DNA from: an uncultured Actinomycetes bacterium
GTDB taxonomy: Bacteria; Actinomycetota; Acidimicrobiia; IMCC26256; PALSA-610
NCBI GenBank assembly: GCA_963761055.1
Contig: CAVXFO010000007.1
Location: 425,075-489,074, forward strand
Reading direction: 5' to 3'
Length of the DNA stretch: 64,000 nucleotides
Shown here: positions 9,428-18,736 of the stretch, piece after piece
Layout: the number at the start of each line of letters is the position of its first letter
Position numbering within the stretch: position 1 is the first letter of the stretch
The notes under the pieces: generated by a model
The model's database searches: none
What the model saw: the letters and a program-made list of their open reading frames with translations, nothing else
What the model was told of the DNA's origin: nothing
Program-made: the position numbers and the translations under genes

Positions 9428-12211
9428 TCACGAGCAGCCGCTGGTGCTACCGCAGCTGGGGCAGGCGTAGCAGCTGCCGGCCCGCTGCATCATGTCGCCG
9501 CACACGTGGCAGAGCACCATCTCCCGGCTGGCGGCGACGGGTGTCGATGCCGCGGGCGCAGCCGGCTCCTCGTCGCGGCCCCGGATCGCATCGGACGGCG
9601 CCCGGTCCTCGTACGGAAGGTCCATCGAGGTCGCGCTCGGCGTCGTCGACTCCTCGACGCCGGGCAACGTCGGTTGCAGCCGCTCCCCGACCGTCATGAT
9701 GCCCATCGCTTCGCGCTTGTCCTTGTCGAGGTACGCGACCGCGAGACGGCGGAAGATGTAGTCGACGAGGCTGGTCGCGAAGCGCAGGTCGGGGTCGTCG
9801 GTCATCCCCGCGGGCTCGAAGCGCATGTTCGTGAACATCTCGACGAACGCCTCGAGCGGCACGCCGTACTGCAGAGCATGGCTCACCGAGATCGCGAACG
9901 CGTCCATGATCCCGGCGAGCGTCGAACCCTGCTTGGCGACCTGCAGGAACATCTCACCGGGGCGGCCGTCGTCGTACTCGCCCACGGTCACGTAGCCGTG
10001 GCAGTCGGCGACCCGGAACGAGAACGTCTTCGCCGAACGCGTCTTCGGGAGCTTCTGCCGCACCGGCTCTTGGACGATGACCGTCTCGACGATCCGCTCG
10101 ACCTGCTGCACCACCGCGTCGGACGACTTCTTCTGCGTCGAGAGGGGCTGACCGACCTTGCAGTTGTCGCGGTAGAGCGCGACCGCCTTCAGGCCGAGTC
10201 GCCACGACTCGATGTAGAGCTCCTCGACGTCTTCGATGCCCGCCTCTTCGGGCATGTTCACCGTCTTGCTGATCGCGCCCGAGATGAACGGCTGCACCGC
10301 CGCCATCATCTTCACGTGACCCATGTAGTGGATCGTGTTGTCGCCCATCGAGCACACGAACACCGGCATGTGCTCGGCCTTGAAGACGGGCGCTCCGATG
10401 ATCGTCTTGTGCTCGTCGATGTGGGCGATGATCGTGTCGATCTCGTCGCCGCTGTAGCCGAGCTTGTGCAGCGCCCGCGGCACCGTCTGGTTGACGATGA
10501 ACATCGTGCCCCCGCCGACCAGCTTCTTCGCCTTCGTGAGCGCGAGGTCGGGCTCGATGCCGGTGGTGTCGCAGTCCATCATCAGACCGATTGTCCCCGT
10601 CGGCGCGAGCACCGTGGCCTGCGAGTTGCGCACACCGTGGCGCTCACCGAGCTCGACCGCGTCGTCCCACGCCTCTTGCGCCGCGCACAGCAACTCCGGA
10701 GGCACGAGGTCCTCGTCGATCTTGGCGGCCTCGGCCCGGTGCATGCGCAAGACGTTGAGCGTCGGCTCCTCGTTGGCGGCGTAGCCGGCGAACGGCCCCA
10801 TGCGGGCCGCCGTCTTCGCGCTCGTCGCGTACGCGTGACCGGTCATGAGCGACGTGATCGCCGCGGCCCACGCCCGACCACCGTCGGAGTCGTAGGGCAT
10901 GCCCTCGGCCATGAGCAGCGCTCCGAGGTTCGCGTAGCCGAGCCCGAGCTGACGGAACACCCGACTCGTCTCCGCGATGCTCTCGGTCGGGTAGTCGGCG
11001 TTGCCGACCAGGATCTCCTGGGCGGTGAACATGACCTCGACGGTGTGCTTGAACGCGTCGACGTCGAAGCTGCCGTCGTCGCCGAGATAATGCAGGAGGT
11101 TGATGCTCGCGAGGTTGCACGCCGAGTTGTCGAGGTGCATGTACTCCGAGCACGGGTTGCTGGCGTTGATCCGACCGGTGTTCGAAGCCGTGTGCCAGTT
11201 GTTGATCGTCGTGTCGAACTGCATGCCCGGATCCGCGCACTCCCACGCCGACTGGCTGATCTGACGCATGAGGTCGCGGGCGCGCACCGTCTTGACGACC
11301 TCGCCCGTCGTGACCGCGTTCAGATTCCAGTCGCGGTCGTCGAGGACCGCATCCATGAACGCGTCGGTGACGCGCACCGAGTTGTTGGCGTTCTGGTACT
11401 GGATCGAGTGGCTGTCCTTGCCGTCGAGGTCCATGTCGAAGCCGGCATCGCGCAGGGCCCGGGCCTTGCGCTCCTCGACCGCCTTGCACCACACGAAGTC
11501 CTCGATGTCGGGATGGTCGACGTCGAGGATCACCATCTTGGCGGCGCGGCGGGTCTTACCACCTGACTTGATCGTTCCCGCCGACGCGTCGGCGCCCCGC
11601 ATGAAGCTGACCGGACCGGACGCGGTCCCGCCACCCTTCAGGTGCTCGTGCGACGAACGGATCTTGGAGAGGTTGATGCCGGCGCCCGAGCCACCCTTGA
11701 AGATCGTGCCCTCTTCCCGGTACCAGTTGAGGATCGCGTCCATCTGGTCGTCGACCGCAAGGATGAAGCACGCCGAAGCCTGCTGCGGGACACCCTTCAC
11801 CCCGATGTTGAACCACACGGGCGAGTTGAACGACGCGTACTGGTGCACGAGCACGAACTTGAGCTCGTCCCGGAACGCGTCGGCCTCACGCTCGTCGACG
11901 AAGTAGCCGTCCTTGGTGCCCCAATCGGCGATGGTGTCGACGACCCGGTCGATGACCTGGCGCAGCGACCATTCGCGCTCCGGGGTACCGAGGGTGCCGC
12001 GGAAGTACTTCTGGGCGACGATGTTCGTGGCGTTCAGCGACCAGGTGGTCGGGAACTCGACGCCGGGCTGGAAGAAGGCGTCGCCGCCGTCCTTGAAATT
12101 CTGGATGCGCGAATCGCGCCGCTCCCATTCGACGGTGTCGTAGGGGTCGACTCCCGGCCTCGTGAACCGTCGCTCGATCCCGATACCGAGTTGTTGCGGC
12201 GCTATCGCCAT
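9428..12211 (-). CDS. nrdJ: class II (adenosylcobalamin-dependent) ribonucleotide reductase
   Basis: Long ORF with RNR motifs (NPCSEYMHLDNSACNLASINL, LAPTGTIGLMMDCDTTGIEP). C-terminal Cys-rich tail CHVCGDMMQRAGSCYACPSCG. Start taken at the second ATG (MAIAPQQLG); 12238 is also possible. Confidence 0.93.
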   Translation of the reverse strand: MAIAPQQLGIGIERRFTRPGVDPYDTVEWERRDSRIQNFKDGGDAFFQPGVEFPTTWSLNATNIVAQKYFRGTLGTPEREWSLRQVIDRVVDTIADWGTKDGYFVDEREADAFRDELKFVLVHQYASFNSPVWFNIGVKGVPQQASACFILAVDDQMDAILNWYREEGTIFKGGSGAGINLSKIRSSHEHLKGGGTASGPVSFMRGADASAGTIKSGGKTRRAAKMVILDVDHPDIEDFVWCKAVEERKARALRDAGFDMDLDGKDSHSIQYQNANNSVRVTDAFMDAVLDDRDWNLNAVTTGEVVKTVRARDLMRQISQSAWECADPGMQFDTTINNWHTASNTGRINASNPCSEYMHLDNSACNLASINLLHYLGDDGSFDVDAFKHTVEVMFTAQEILVGNADYPTESIAETSRVFRQLGLGYANLGALLMAEGMPYDSDGGRAWAAAITSLMTGHAYATSAKTAARMGPFAGYAANEEPTLNVLRMHRAEAAKIDEDLVPPELLCAAQEAWDDAVELGERHGVRNSQATVLAPTGTIGLMMDCDTTGIEPDLALTKAKKLVGGGTMFIVNQTVPRALHKLGYSGDEIDTIIAHIDEHKTIIGAPVFKAEHMPVFVCSMGDNTIHYMGHVKMMAAVQPFISGAISKTVNMPEEAGIEDVEELYIESWRLGLKAVALYRDNCKVGQPLSTQKKSSDAVVQQVERIVETVIVQEPVRQKLPKTRSAKTFSFRVADCHGYVTVGEYDDGRPGEMFLQVAKQGSTLAGIMDAFAISVSHALQYGVPLEAFVEMFTNMRFEPAGMTDDPDLRFATSLVDYIFRRLAVAYLDKDKREAMGIMTVGERLQPTLPGVEESTTPSATSMDLPYEDRAPSDAIRGRDEEPAAPAASTPVAASREMVLCHVCGDMMQRAGSCYACPSCGSTSGCS

Positions 12212-12313
12212 GTCTTCGATCTCCCTCCGAGCCGGCATCCCGGCTCAGGTCGCCCTGCGAAGCGGCCGCTACACGAACCACCTGTACAACCACCGTACGA
12301 ACCCAATGTACAA

Positions 12314-12333
12314 AACCACTACATCTTGTGGTT
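12314..12333 (-). promoter_or_regulatory. candidate NrdR box (AACCACTACATCTTGTGGTT, imperfect palindrome)
   Basis: Lies in the 252-nt nrdR-nrdJ spacer. It matches the remembered 16-bp NrdR-box pattern acaCwAtATaTwGtgt at about 12 of 16 positions. No convincing second box was found. Confidence 0.4.
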
Positions 12334-12490
12334 GCTTCCCATCCGGACCGCGAGATGGGGGTGCATTACACCACTGTAATTCCACGTGTGTCAACAGTTT
12401 CCGGACGACTCCGGACCAACTCCCCGAAGTTCGCCCGGGAGGTCGCCGAGCGCCCGTGGAGGCCCGGACCAGAGGTCCGGCACCTCCTGG

Positions 12491-12955
12491 TCAGCGCTGC
12501 TTGGGCTCCGTCGTCTTTTGCAGCTCGCCGACCTCGCGCTCGAAGTCGGCGAGGTCCTCGAAGCCCTTGTAGACGGAGGCGAACCGCAGATAGGCGACGT
12601 GATCGAGGACCCGCAACCGCTCGAGCACGGCCATGCCGACCCGGTCGCTCGAGACCTCCCCGCCCATGGCCCGCAACTCCTCCTCCACCGCCGCGACGAC
12701 CTGCTCGACCACCGAGTCGTCGAGCCGACCGGACGCCGACCGCTGGATCCCGGCCCGGAGCTTGGCGGCATGGAACGGCTCCGAGACACCGCTGCGCTTG
12801 CGGATCAGCAGCGGCGCCTCCTCCACCCGCTCGTACGTGGTGAACCGCCTTCCGCACGCCAGACACTCGCGGCGGCGGCGAATGGCCATCGACTCCTCGG
12901 CGACGCGCGAGTCGACGACCTTGTCGTCGTTCGCACGGCAATAGGGACAGCGCAC
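12491..12955 (-). CDS. nrdR: transcriptional repressor NrdR
   Basis: MRCPYCRANDDKVVDSR zinc ribbon plus an ATP-cone (VSSDRVGMAVLERLRVLDHVAYLRFASVY). Sits immediately upstream of nrdJ. Confidence 0.95.
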   Translation of the reverse strand: MRCPYCRANDDKVVDSRVAEESMAIRRRRECLACGRRFTTYERVEEAPLLIRKRSGVSEPFHAAKLRAGIQRSASGRLDDSVVEQVVAAVEEELRAMGGEVSSDRVGMAVLERLRVLDHVAYLRFASVYKGFEDLADFEREVGELQKTTEPKQR

Positions 12956-13023
12956 GAACAGCCACGGTAATCCGTCCGATCGCGAAATGCGGCCCGGTAG
13001 CAGTGCGAAGGAGTGCGGGACGA

Positions 13024-13458
13024 TCAGGGCGTCGGAACCGAGAGCATCTCGCCCTCGGTCACCGCAGTCGTGCCGAGTTCGCGCTCCATCGCGTCGACGA
13101 TCGGACGCACATCGCGGCCGGGCGCGGCGCGCTCGGCGATCGACCAGAGCGTGTCGCCCGGCTCCACGACGATGTGTTGCACGTGCGGGAGATGCTCGGC
13201 AGTGGCGAGGAACGACCCGCCGAGCATCACCCCCGCACGCACCATCGCCAGCGCGAGGCCCAGGCCGACCAGCGCGGCGAGGACGCGCCGCCGTCGGTAG
13301 ACGGCGCGCTGATGGCTGCGCGCGGGTCGGGGGCGGGGCTGACGACGAACATGACTGGCATCGGGCTCGACGACCCGGAACCGCCGGGGTGACGGCGCCG
13401 GGCGCGTGACGGGACCGGGCTCGATGAAGCGGGGCTCGAGTTGGAGGACTGCGGCCAT
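13024..13458 (-). CDS. LysM-domain membrane protein (ChiZ-like position, divergent from lexA)
   Basis: Single helix (VLAALVGLGLALAMV) followed by a C-terminal LysM motif (HIVVEPGDTLWSIAERAAPG...EGEMLSVP). Confidence 0.7.
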   Translation of the reverse strand: MAAVLQLEPRFIEPGPVTRPAPSPRRFRVVEPDASHVRRQPRPRPARSHQRAVYRRRRVLAALVGLGLALAMVRAGVMLGGSFLATAEHLPHVQHIVVEPGDTLWSIAERAAPGRDVRPIVDAMERELGTTAVTEGEMLSVPTP

Positions 13459-13483
13459 GGCGGCGGCTCCCTGAGTTTTCGAC

Positions 13484-13520
13484 GGGCTGAGTTACGAAGG
13501 GCTGAGTTACGAAGGGCTGG
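13484..13520. repeat. 15-bp tandem repeat GGGCTGAGTTACGAA, 2 full copies plus a 7-nt partial
   Basis: Read directly in the LysM-lexA divergent spacer. A related CTGAGTT lies just upstream at 13471. Confidence 0.85.
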
Positions 13521-13568
13521 CGATCGGACGAGACGATCGAACCAGAGAGGTGAGACAGCTACGGCGGC

Positions 13569-13582
13569 CGAACGCCTGTTCG
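13569..13582. promoter_or_regulatory. LexA (SOS) box CGAACGCCTGTTCG
   Basis: Perfect match to the actinobacterial core (T)CGAAC-N4-GTTCG(A). Sits 64 nt upstream of the lexA ATG, in the divergent spacer. Confidence 0.7.
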
Positions 13583-13598
13583 ATGTCAAGGAAAAACC

Positions 13599-13629
13599 CG
13601 AACGGGTGTTTGCCCCGAACGCGTGATCG
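13599..13629. promoter_or_regulatory. two degenerate LexA-box-like sites (CGAACGGGTGTTTG, CGAACGCGTGATCG)
   Basis: Each differs from CGAAC-N4-GTTCG at one position in the right half-site. Both lie between the perfect box and the lexA start. Confidence 0.35.
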
Positions 13630-13645
13630 TGTTACCCTCGAATGC

Positions 13646-14309
13646 ATGCCCAACGCACACGTCACCTCGGCAACCGACACACCGGCTCGGCTGACCGCTC
13701 GCCAGCGCCAGGTGCTCGAGTTCATCGACGCTCAGACCCGTGAGCAGGGCTATCCGCCCAGCGTCCGGGAGATCGGCGAGGCCGTCGGGCTCTCCTCGCC
13801 TTCCACCGTGCACGCGCACCTCGCCGCGCTGCAGGACAAGGGTTACCTCCGCCGCGACCCGAGTAAGCCGCGTGCGATCGAGGTCGCGCTCGGAGCCCAG
13901 CACGGGCACGGCGATCGACCGTCGTCCCGTGCGCAACGTTCCCCTGTTGGGTGACGTCGCCGCCGGTACCGGCGTGCTCGCGGCCGAGAACGTGGAGGAG
14001 GTCATCCCCGTTCCCACCGATCTCTGCGGCGACGGCGACCTGTTCATGCTCCGCGTGCGCGGCGAGTCGATGATCGACGCCGGCATCTTCGACGGTGACT
14101 ACATCGTCGCCCGGTCCCAACCCAATGCCGAGAACGGCGACATCGTCGTGGCGGGCATCCCGGGTGAGGAAGCCACGGTCAAGACGTTCATCCGCAAGCG
14201 CCACAAGGTCATCCTGCGCCCGTCGAACGAAGCGATGGACGACCTCGTCTACGACCCGCTCGACGTGCAGATCTACGGCAAGCTCGTCACGCTGATGCGC
14301 CGGATGTAG
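13646..14309 (+). pseudogene. lexA: LexA repressor, one frameshift as sequenced
   Basis: The N-terminal wHTH ([56 protein letters not shown]) is in the frame of ORF 13550. The S24 peptidase part ([32 protein letters not shown]) is in the frame of ORF 13740. The switch is at about 13900-13935. Confidence 0.9.
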
Positions 14310-14330
14310 TCGAGTCGGATCAGCTCCGGC

Positions 14331-15398
14331 TCAGCCGACTCCGACGAACCGCTGCAGCAACGCAAGGCACGCGTCGAGGGTGGCGCGGTCGACCCGTTCG
14401 TCGGCGGTGTGCGCGAGCTCTGGATCTCCCGGACCGAAGTTGCATGCCGGGATCCCGTGTTCCGCGAAGCGCCCCACGTCGGTCCAGCCCAGCTTGGGCC
14501 GCACCGGCAGGTCGTACACACCGGTCATTTCCGCGATCAACGGATTCATGAGATTGGGCGGCGCCGCGGTCGATGCATTCAACACCTCGGTGTGATCTGC
14601 ACCCGCGTCGGTGCAGAAGGTCACGACCTCGTGCACCGCCTCTTCCAACGAGCGTGACGGGGCGTAACGGCGGTTCAGCACCACCGAGCATCGATCGGGC
14701 ACCACGTTGTTCGCGACGCCGCCCTCGATCCGCACGACCTGTAACGCCTCGCGGTACGCGAGCGAGTCGACGTCGACGGTCGCAGCCTCGAAGTTCGCGG
14801 AGAAGTCGAGAAGCGGCGCGCAACGGTGGATCGCGTTCTTGCCCATCCAGGGCCGGGCCGAGTGGGCGCGCACGCCGTCGAACACCGCGCGCACGTGGAT
14901 GGTCCCCTGGCAGCCGGCCTCGACCCATCCTCCCGTCGGCTCGAGCATGATCGCAAGGTCGCCCTGCACGAGTGCGGGCGCCTCCGCGAACAGCCGCCGC
15001 AGCCCGTTGTGCTCGTCGGCGACCTCTTCACCGTCGTACAAGACGAGGGTGACGTCGAAGCGGCCCTTTCCGCTCGCAAGGTCGTCGGCGAGCGCGAGGA
15101 GGATCGCGAGCCCACCCTTCATGTCGGCGGTCCCGAGACCGTGCAGCACGTCACCGTCGCGCCGCGGCACCGCGTTGCCGTTCGCGGGCACGGTGTCGAG
15201 ATGGCCGCCGAGCACGATGCGCTGCGGCCGACCGAGGTCGGTGCGTGCCACCACGTTGGCGCCGATGCGATCGATATGCAGCGGTCCGCCGCTCTTGCGC
15301 AGGCGGGCCTCGACCACGTCGGCGAGCGCGGCTTCGGTGCCGCTCACCGACGGGATCTCGCAGAGCGTCTCGGTCAGCGCGAGGAGGTCCTGGCTCAC
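14331..15398 (-). CDS. dapE: succinyl-diaminopimelate desuccinylase
   Basis: M20 peptidase pattern (LGGHLDTVP, GTADMKGG, YDGEEV). The GTG start overlaps the dapD stop (GTGA). Confidence 0.88.
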   Translation of the reverse strand: MSQDLLALTETLCEIPSVSGTEAALADVVEARLRKSGGPLHIDRIGANVVARTDLGRPQRIVLGGHLDTVPANGNAVPRRDGDVLHGLGTADMKGGLAILLALADDLASGKGRFDVTLVLYDGEEVADEHNGLRRLFAEAPALVQGDLAIMLEPTGGWVEAGCQGTIHVRAVFDGVRAHSARPWMGKNAIHRCAPLLDFSANFEAATVDVDSLAYREALQVVRIEGGVANNVVPDRCSVVLNRRYAPSRSLEEAVHEVVTFCTDAGADHTEVLNASTAAPPNLMNPLIAEMTGVYDLPVRPKLGWTDVGRFAEHGIPACNFGPGDPELAHTADERVDRATLDACLALLQRFVGVG

Positions 15399-16219
15399 GA
15401 CACGATCCCGTGTTCGCGGAGGATCGCGTTCAGCTGCAGCTTGTCGTGGCCCGCGCCTTCGGGGAGATACCGCAGGATCAGCGCGCACGGAAGGCCGAAC
15501 ATGCCACCCTCGAACTCCTTCAAACGGGTGCCCGAGACCACGACCGCGCGCTCGGGGATGACCCCTCGGGGCAGCTCGGCGCCGGTCTCGGCCTCGATCA
15601 CATGCGTCGTCGACGTCACCACGAGCCCGGCCCCGAGCTTGGCGCCGTCCTTGACCCGGGCCCCGTCGACGATCATGCACCGCGACCCGATGAAGCAGTC
15701 GTCGCCGATCACCACGGGCACGGCTTGCGGGGGTTCGAGCACGCCGCCGATCCCGACTCCGCCGGAGAGGTGGACGTTCTTGCCGATCTGCGCGCACGAG
15801 CCGACCGTCGCCCACGTGTCGACCATCGTCCCGCTGTCGACATGGGCGCCGATGTTGACGTAGCTCGGCATCATCACGACGCCCCGCGCCAGGAACGCGC
15901 CGAAGCGCGCCGAAGCGCCGGGAACGACGCGTACACCGGCAGCCTCGTACCCGCGCTTGAGCGGCAGCTTGTCGACGTACTCGAACGGTCCGGCTTCGAT
16001 CTCCGCCATCTCGTTGACGCGGAACCACATGAGGATCGCGTGCTTGGCCGATTCGTTCACGACGACCCTGTCGTCGACGACCTCGGCCACTCGGATCTCG
16101 CCCCGGTCGAGGCGGCCGATGATGCCGGCCACGAGCTCCTTCGCCTCCACCAGCGGAAGCACGTCGCGCCAGTCGTCTCCGGCTTCGAACAGTTGCGTGG
16201 CCTGCTTGACGTCGTCCAT
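15395..16219 (-). CDS. dapD: tetrahydrodipicolinate N-succinyltransferase
   Basis: Internal ATG (MDDVKQATQ). Near-identical hexapeptide core to the E. coli type DapD (MPSYVNIGAHVDSGTMVDTWATVGSCAQIGKNVHLSGGVGIGGVLEP). Confidence 0.92.
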   Translation of the reverse strand: MDDVKQATQLFEAGDDWRDVLPLVEAKELVAGIIGRLDRGEIRVAEVVDDRVVVNESAKHAILMWFRVNEMAEIEAGPFEYVDKLPLKRGYEAAGVRVVPGASARFGAFLARGVVMMPSYVNIGAHVDSGTMVDTWATVGSCAQIGKNVHLSGGVGIGGVLEPPQAVPVVIGDDCFIGSRCMIVDGARVKDGAKLGAGLVVTSTTHVIEAETGAELPRGVIPERAVVVSGTRLKEFEGGMFGLPCALILRYLPEGAGHDKLQLNAILREHGIVS

Positions 16220-16262
16220 GTCGGTTCCTCGGTCGGGGTCAGCGGGATTCAGGATCAGGGAA

Positions 16263-17411
16263 TCAGGCTCGGGCGCGAACGAGGCGGTCGAGCGCGAGCT
16301 CGAGGCGGTCGCGGGGTTGCACGAGCGCGATCCGCACGTGGTCGGCCCCGAGCGCCCCGTACAGGTCGCCGGGCGACACGAGCAGCCCCGCCTCGTGCGC
16401 GAGCCGGGCGGCGATCTCCCAACCGTCGTCGGCGCCGTCGGTGGTACGCATCCACAGATAGAAGGTCGCGTCGCCACCGTCGTGCACGAGTCCGTACGGC
16501 GCGAGCGCGCCGCGCACCAGCTCGCGGCGTTCGGCGTAGCGACCGCGTTGGACGCCGACGTGGGCGTCGTCGCCCAGGGCGGCCGCGGCGGCCGCCTGCA
16601 CCATCGTCGGCGCCATCAATCCCGCGTGCTTACGCGTCTCGACCAGGTACGTGACCAGCTCGGGATCTCCCGCGTAGAAACCGACCCGCATCCCGGCGAG
16701 GTTGGAGCGCTTGGACACACTGTGCATCGCGAGCACACCGTCGAGGCCGCTCGTCAGGATCGTCGCGGGCTCGGGCGAGAACTCGCAGTAGCACTCGTCG
16801 CTCGCGACGGTCACCCCGCGGGCGCGAGCCCAAGCCGCTACCCGCGCGAAGTAGTCGTTGCCCGCCGTCGACGCCGACGGGTTACCGGGCTCGTTGATCC
16901 ACAGCACGAGCGCGCGGGCCGCGTCGTCGTCGCTGATCGCGTCGAGGTCGAGGTGCCACCGCCCGTCGAGCGGAACCGCAACGGCGCGGCACCCGGCGAG
17001 CACCGCGCCCATCTCGTAGCTCGGATATGCGATCGCGGGATACAGCACCGTGTCGCGACCGGGCGTGCGCAACCGCAGCAGATGCGGGAGCGAAGCCACG
17101 AGCTCCTTGGTCCCGACACACGCGCCGACGTGCGCGGCCTCCACGACCACTCCGAAGCGCCGGGAGATCCACTGCGCGGCCGCGTCGCGCAGGGCCGGGG
17201 ATCCGGCCGACGGCGGATAACCGTTCGACGCGGCCAACGCCGCGGCGGCTGCCGCGCTCGCGACCTCGGGGACCGGATCGCAGGGGGTGCCGATCGAGCA
17301 GTCGACCACGCCGCCGGGCAGCGAATCGGCGAGCCGCTTCAGGGCGTCGAGCCGCTCGTAGGGGTACGGGGGCGGGACGAATCCGCCGGTGGCCGCCATC
17401 CGCACCGACAC
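16263..17411 (-). CDS. dapC: succinyldiaminopimelate aminotransferase (class I PLP aminotransferase)
   Basis: N-terminus PPYPYERLDALKRLADSLPGGVVDCSIGTPCDPVP and the PLP-lysine region SVSKRSNLAGMRVG. Sits upstream of dapD-dapE. Confidence 0.8.
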   Translation of the reverse strand: MSVRMAATGGFVPPPYPYERLDALKRLADSLPGGVVDCSIGTPCDPVPEVASAAAAAALAASNGYPPSAGSPALRDAAAQWISRRFGVVVEAAHVGACVGTKELVASLPHLLRLRTPGRDTVLYPAIAYPSYEMGAVLAGCRAVAVPLDGRWHLDLDAISDDDAARALVLWINEPGNPSASTAGNDYFARVAAWARARGVTVASDECYCEFSPEPATILTSGLDGVLAMHSVSKRSNLAGMRVGFYAGDPELVTYLVETRKHAGLMAPTMVQAAAAAALGDDAHVGVQRGRYAERRELVRGALAPYGLVHDGGDATFYLWMRTTDGADDGWEIAARLAHEAGLLVSPGDLYGALGADHVRIALVQPRDRLELALDRLVRARA

Positions 17412-18736
17412 TAATCGGGGGCGCAGGCGTATTCGGAGAAGCGACCCGCCACAGCTTCGGGAAGGCGGGCCCGCACGCGCGTCGCCCGGTCGCCGTGCAC
17501 CTCGACGAGCACCTCACCCGCGCGATGCAGGGCCGCGAGCACGTCGCCGCGCTCGTACGGCACGACGAATTCGGTGATGCGCGCCAGCGCGCGCAGCCGG
17601 TCGCCGACCGCGGTGAGCAACTCCGGTACACCTCCACCGGTCACGGCCGAGATCGCGACCGATCCCCGGTGGGTATCGAGCAGGATCTTGACGTCGTCGG
17701 GATCCGCGAGATCGGTCTTGTTCCATACCAGCAGGCGGGGCACGTCGTCGGCCTCGATCTCGTGGAGCACCGTGTTCACCGCGACGATGAGCGCCTCGAC
17801 GTCGGGAGCACTTGCGTCGACGAGGTGCACGAGGAGGTCGGCACCGACGACCTCTTCCAACGTCGAGCGGAACGCCTCGACCAACTGGTGCGGCAACCGG
17901 CGCACGAACCCGACCGTGTCCGAGAGCACGACCGTCTCGCCGCCGGGCAGATGCAGCCGGCGGACCGTCGGGTCGAGCGTCGAGAAGAGCTGGTTCTCCA
18001 CGAGGACGCCCGCGCGCGTCAGTCGGTTGAGCAGCGTCGACTTCCCCGCGTTCGTATAGCCGACGAGCGCGACGTGCGGGACATCACGCCGTTTGCGGGC
18101 CTTGCGCTGCGTTGCGCGCGTCGCCGCCAAACCAGTCAGGTCGCGCTCGAGCTTCTGCATGCGCCGCAACAAGCGCCGGCGATCGACTTCGAGCTGTGTC
18201 TCGCCGGGACCGCGGGTGCCGATGCCGGCGCCCTGCTGGCTCAGCTGCAGACCACGGCCGCGCAACCGGGGCAGGCGGTACCGGAGCTGGGCGAGCTCGA
18301 CCTGCACCGAGCCTTCCTGGCTCGTCGCGTGCTGGGCGAAGATGTCGAGGATGAGGGCGACACGGTCGACGACGTCGACCGCGAACAGATTCTCGAGATT
18401 GCGCTGCTGGGCCGGCGTGAGCTCGTCGTCGAAGATCACGACGTCGATGTCGAGCGCTGCGCCTACCGCCTTCAGCTCCTGAGCCTTGCCCTTGCCGATG
18501 TAGGTGGCGGGGTCGGGTGTGCGCCGGCGCTGGAGCTCGGTGTGCACCGGCTCGGCCCCGGCTGTCTCGGCGAGCAACGCCAACTCGACGAGTGACGCTT
18601 CGGCTTCTTCGACCGTGTCGCTGCCGTAGGTGGTCCCGATCAGCAGCGCGCGCTGGCGCACGCGACCGAGGTCGACCTCGGTCGCGGTGAGGCGGCGGCG
18701 TTGCCGGCTCTGGTGCGCGCGCGACGGTTCGGTCAC
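17411..18736 (-). CDS. hflX: GTPase HflX
   Basis: HflX N-domain (DELTPAQQRNLE). G motifs GYTNAGKSTLLN, DTVGF, NKTD. The GTG start overlaps the dapF stop (GTGA). Confidence 0.9.
   Translation of the reverse strand: MTEPSRAHQSRQRRRLTATEVDLGRVRQRALLIGTTYGSDTVEEAEASLVELALLAETAGAEPVHTELQRRRTPDPATYIGKGKAQELKAVGAALDIDVVIFDDELTPAQQRNLENLFAVDVVDRVALILDIFAQHATSQEGSVQVELAQLRYRLPRLRGRGLQLSQQGAGIGTRGPGETQLEVDRRRLLRRMQKLERDLTGLAATRATQRKARKRRDVPHVALVGYTNAGKSTLLNRLTRAGVLVENQLFSTLDPTVRRLHLPGGETVVLSDTVGFVRRLPHQLVEAFRSTLEEVVGADLLVHLVDASAPDVEALIVAVNTVLHEIEADDVPRLLVWNKTDLADPDDVKILLDTHRGSVAISAVTGGGVPELLTAVGDRLRALARITEFVVPYERGDVLAALHRAGEVLVEVHGDRATRVRARLPEAVAGRFSEYACAPD

Noticed and set aside
9506-11566. 686-aa plus-strand ORF
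   Set aside because: It is antisense to nrdJ. The composition (Arg/His/Asp/Val-rich, no motifs) is typical of shadow ORFs in high-GC DNA.
12365-12392. Second NrdR box (ACACCACTGTAATTCCACGTGT region)
   Set aside because: It is not palindromic (direct CCAC repeats rather than inverted), and its spacing from the first box does not fit the usual about 31-32 bp. It is left unannotated.
12239-12490. Cobalamin riboswitch in the nrdJ leader (a CCACTG string resembles part of the B12 box)
   Set aside because: The string is on the plus strand while nrdJ is on the minus strand. No other B12-element features were seen. B12 riboswitches are associated with class I, not class II, RNR genes in the cases I know.
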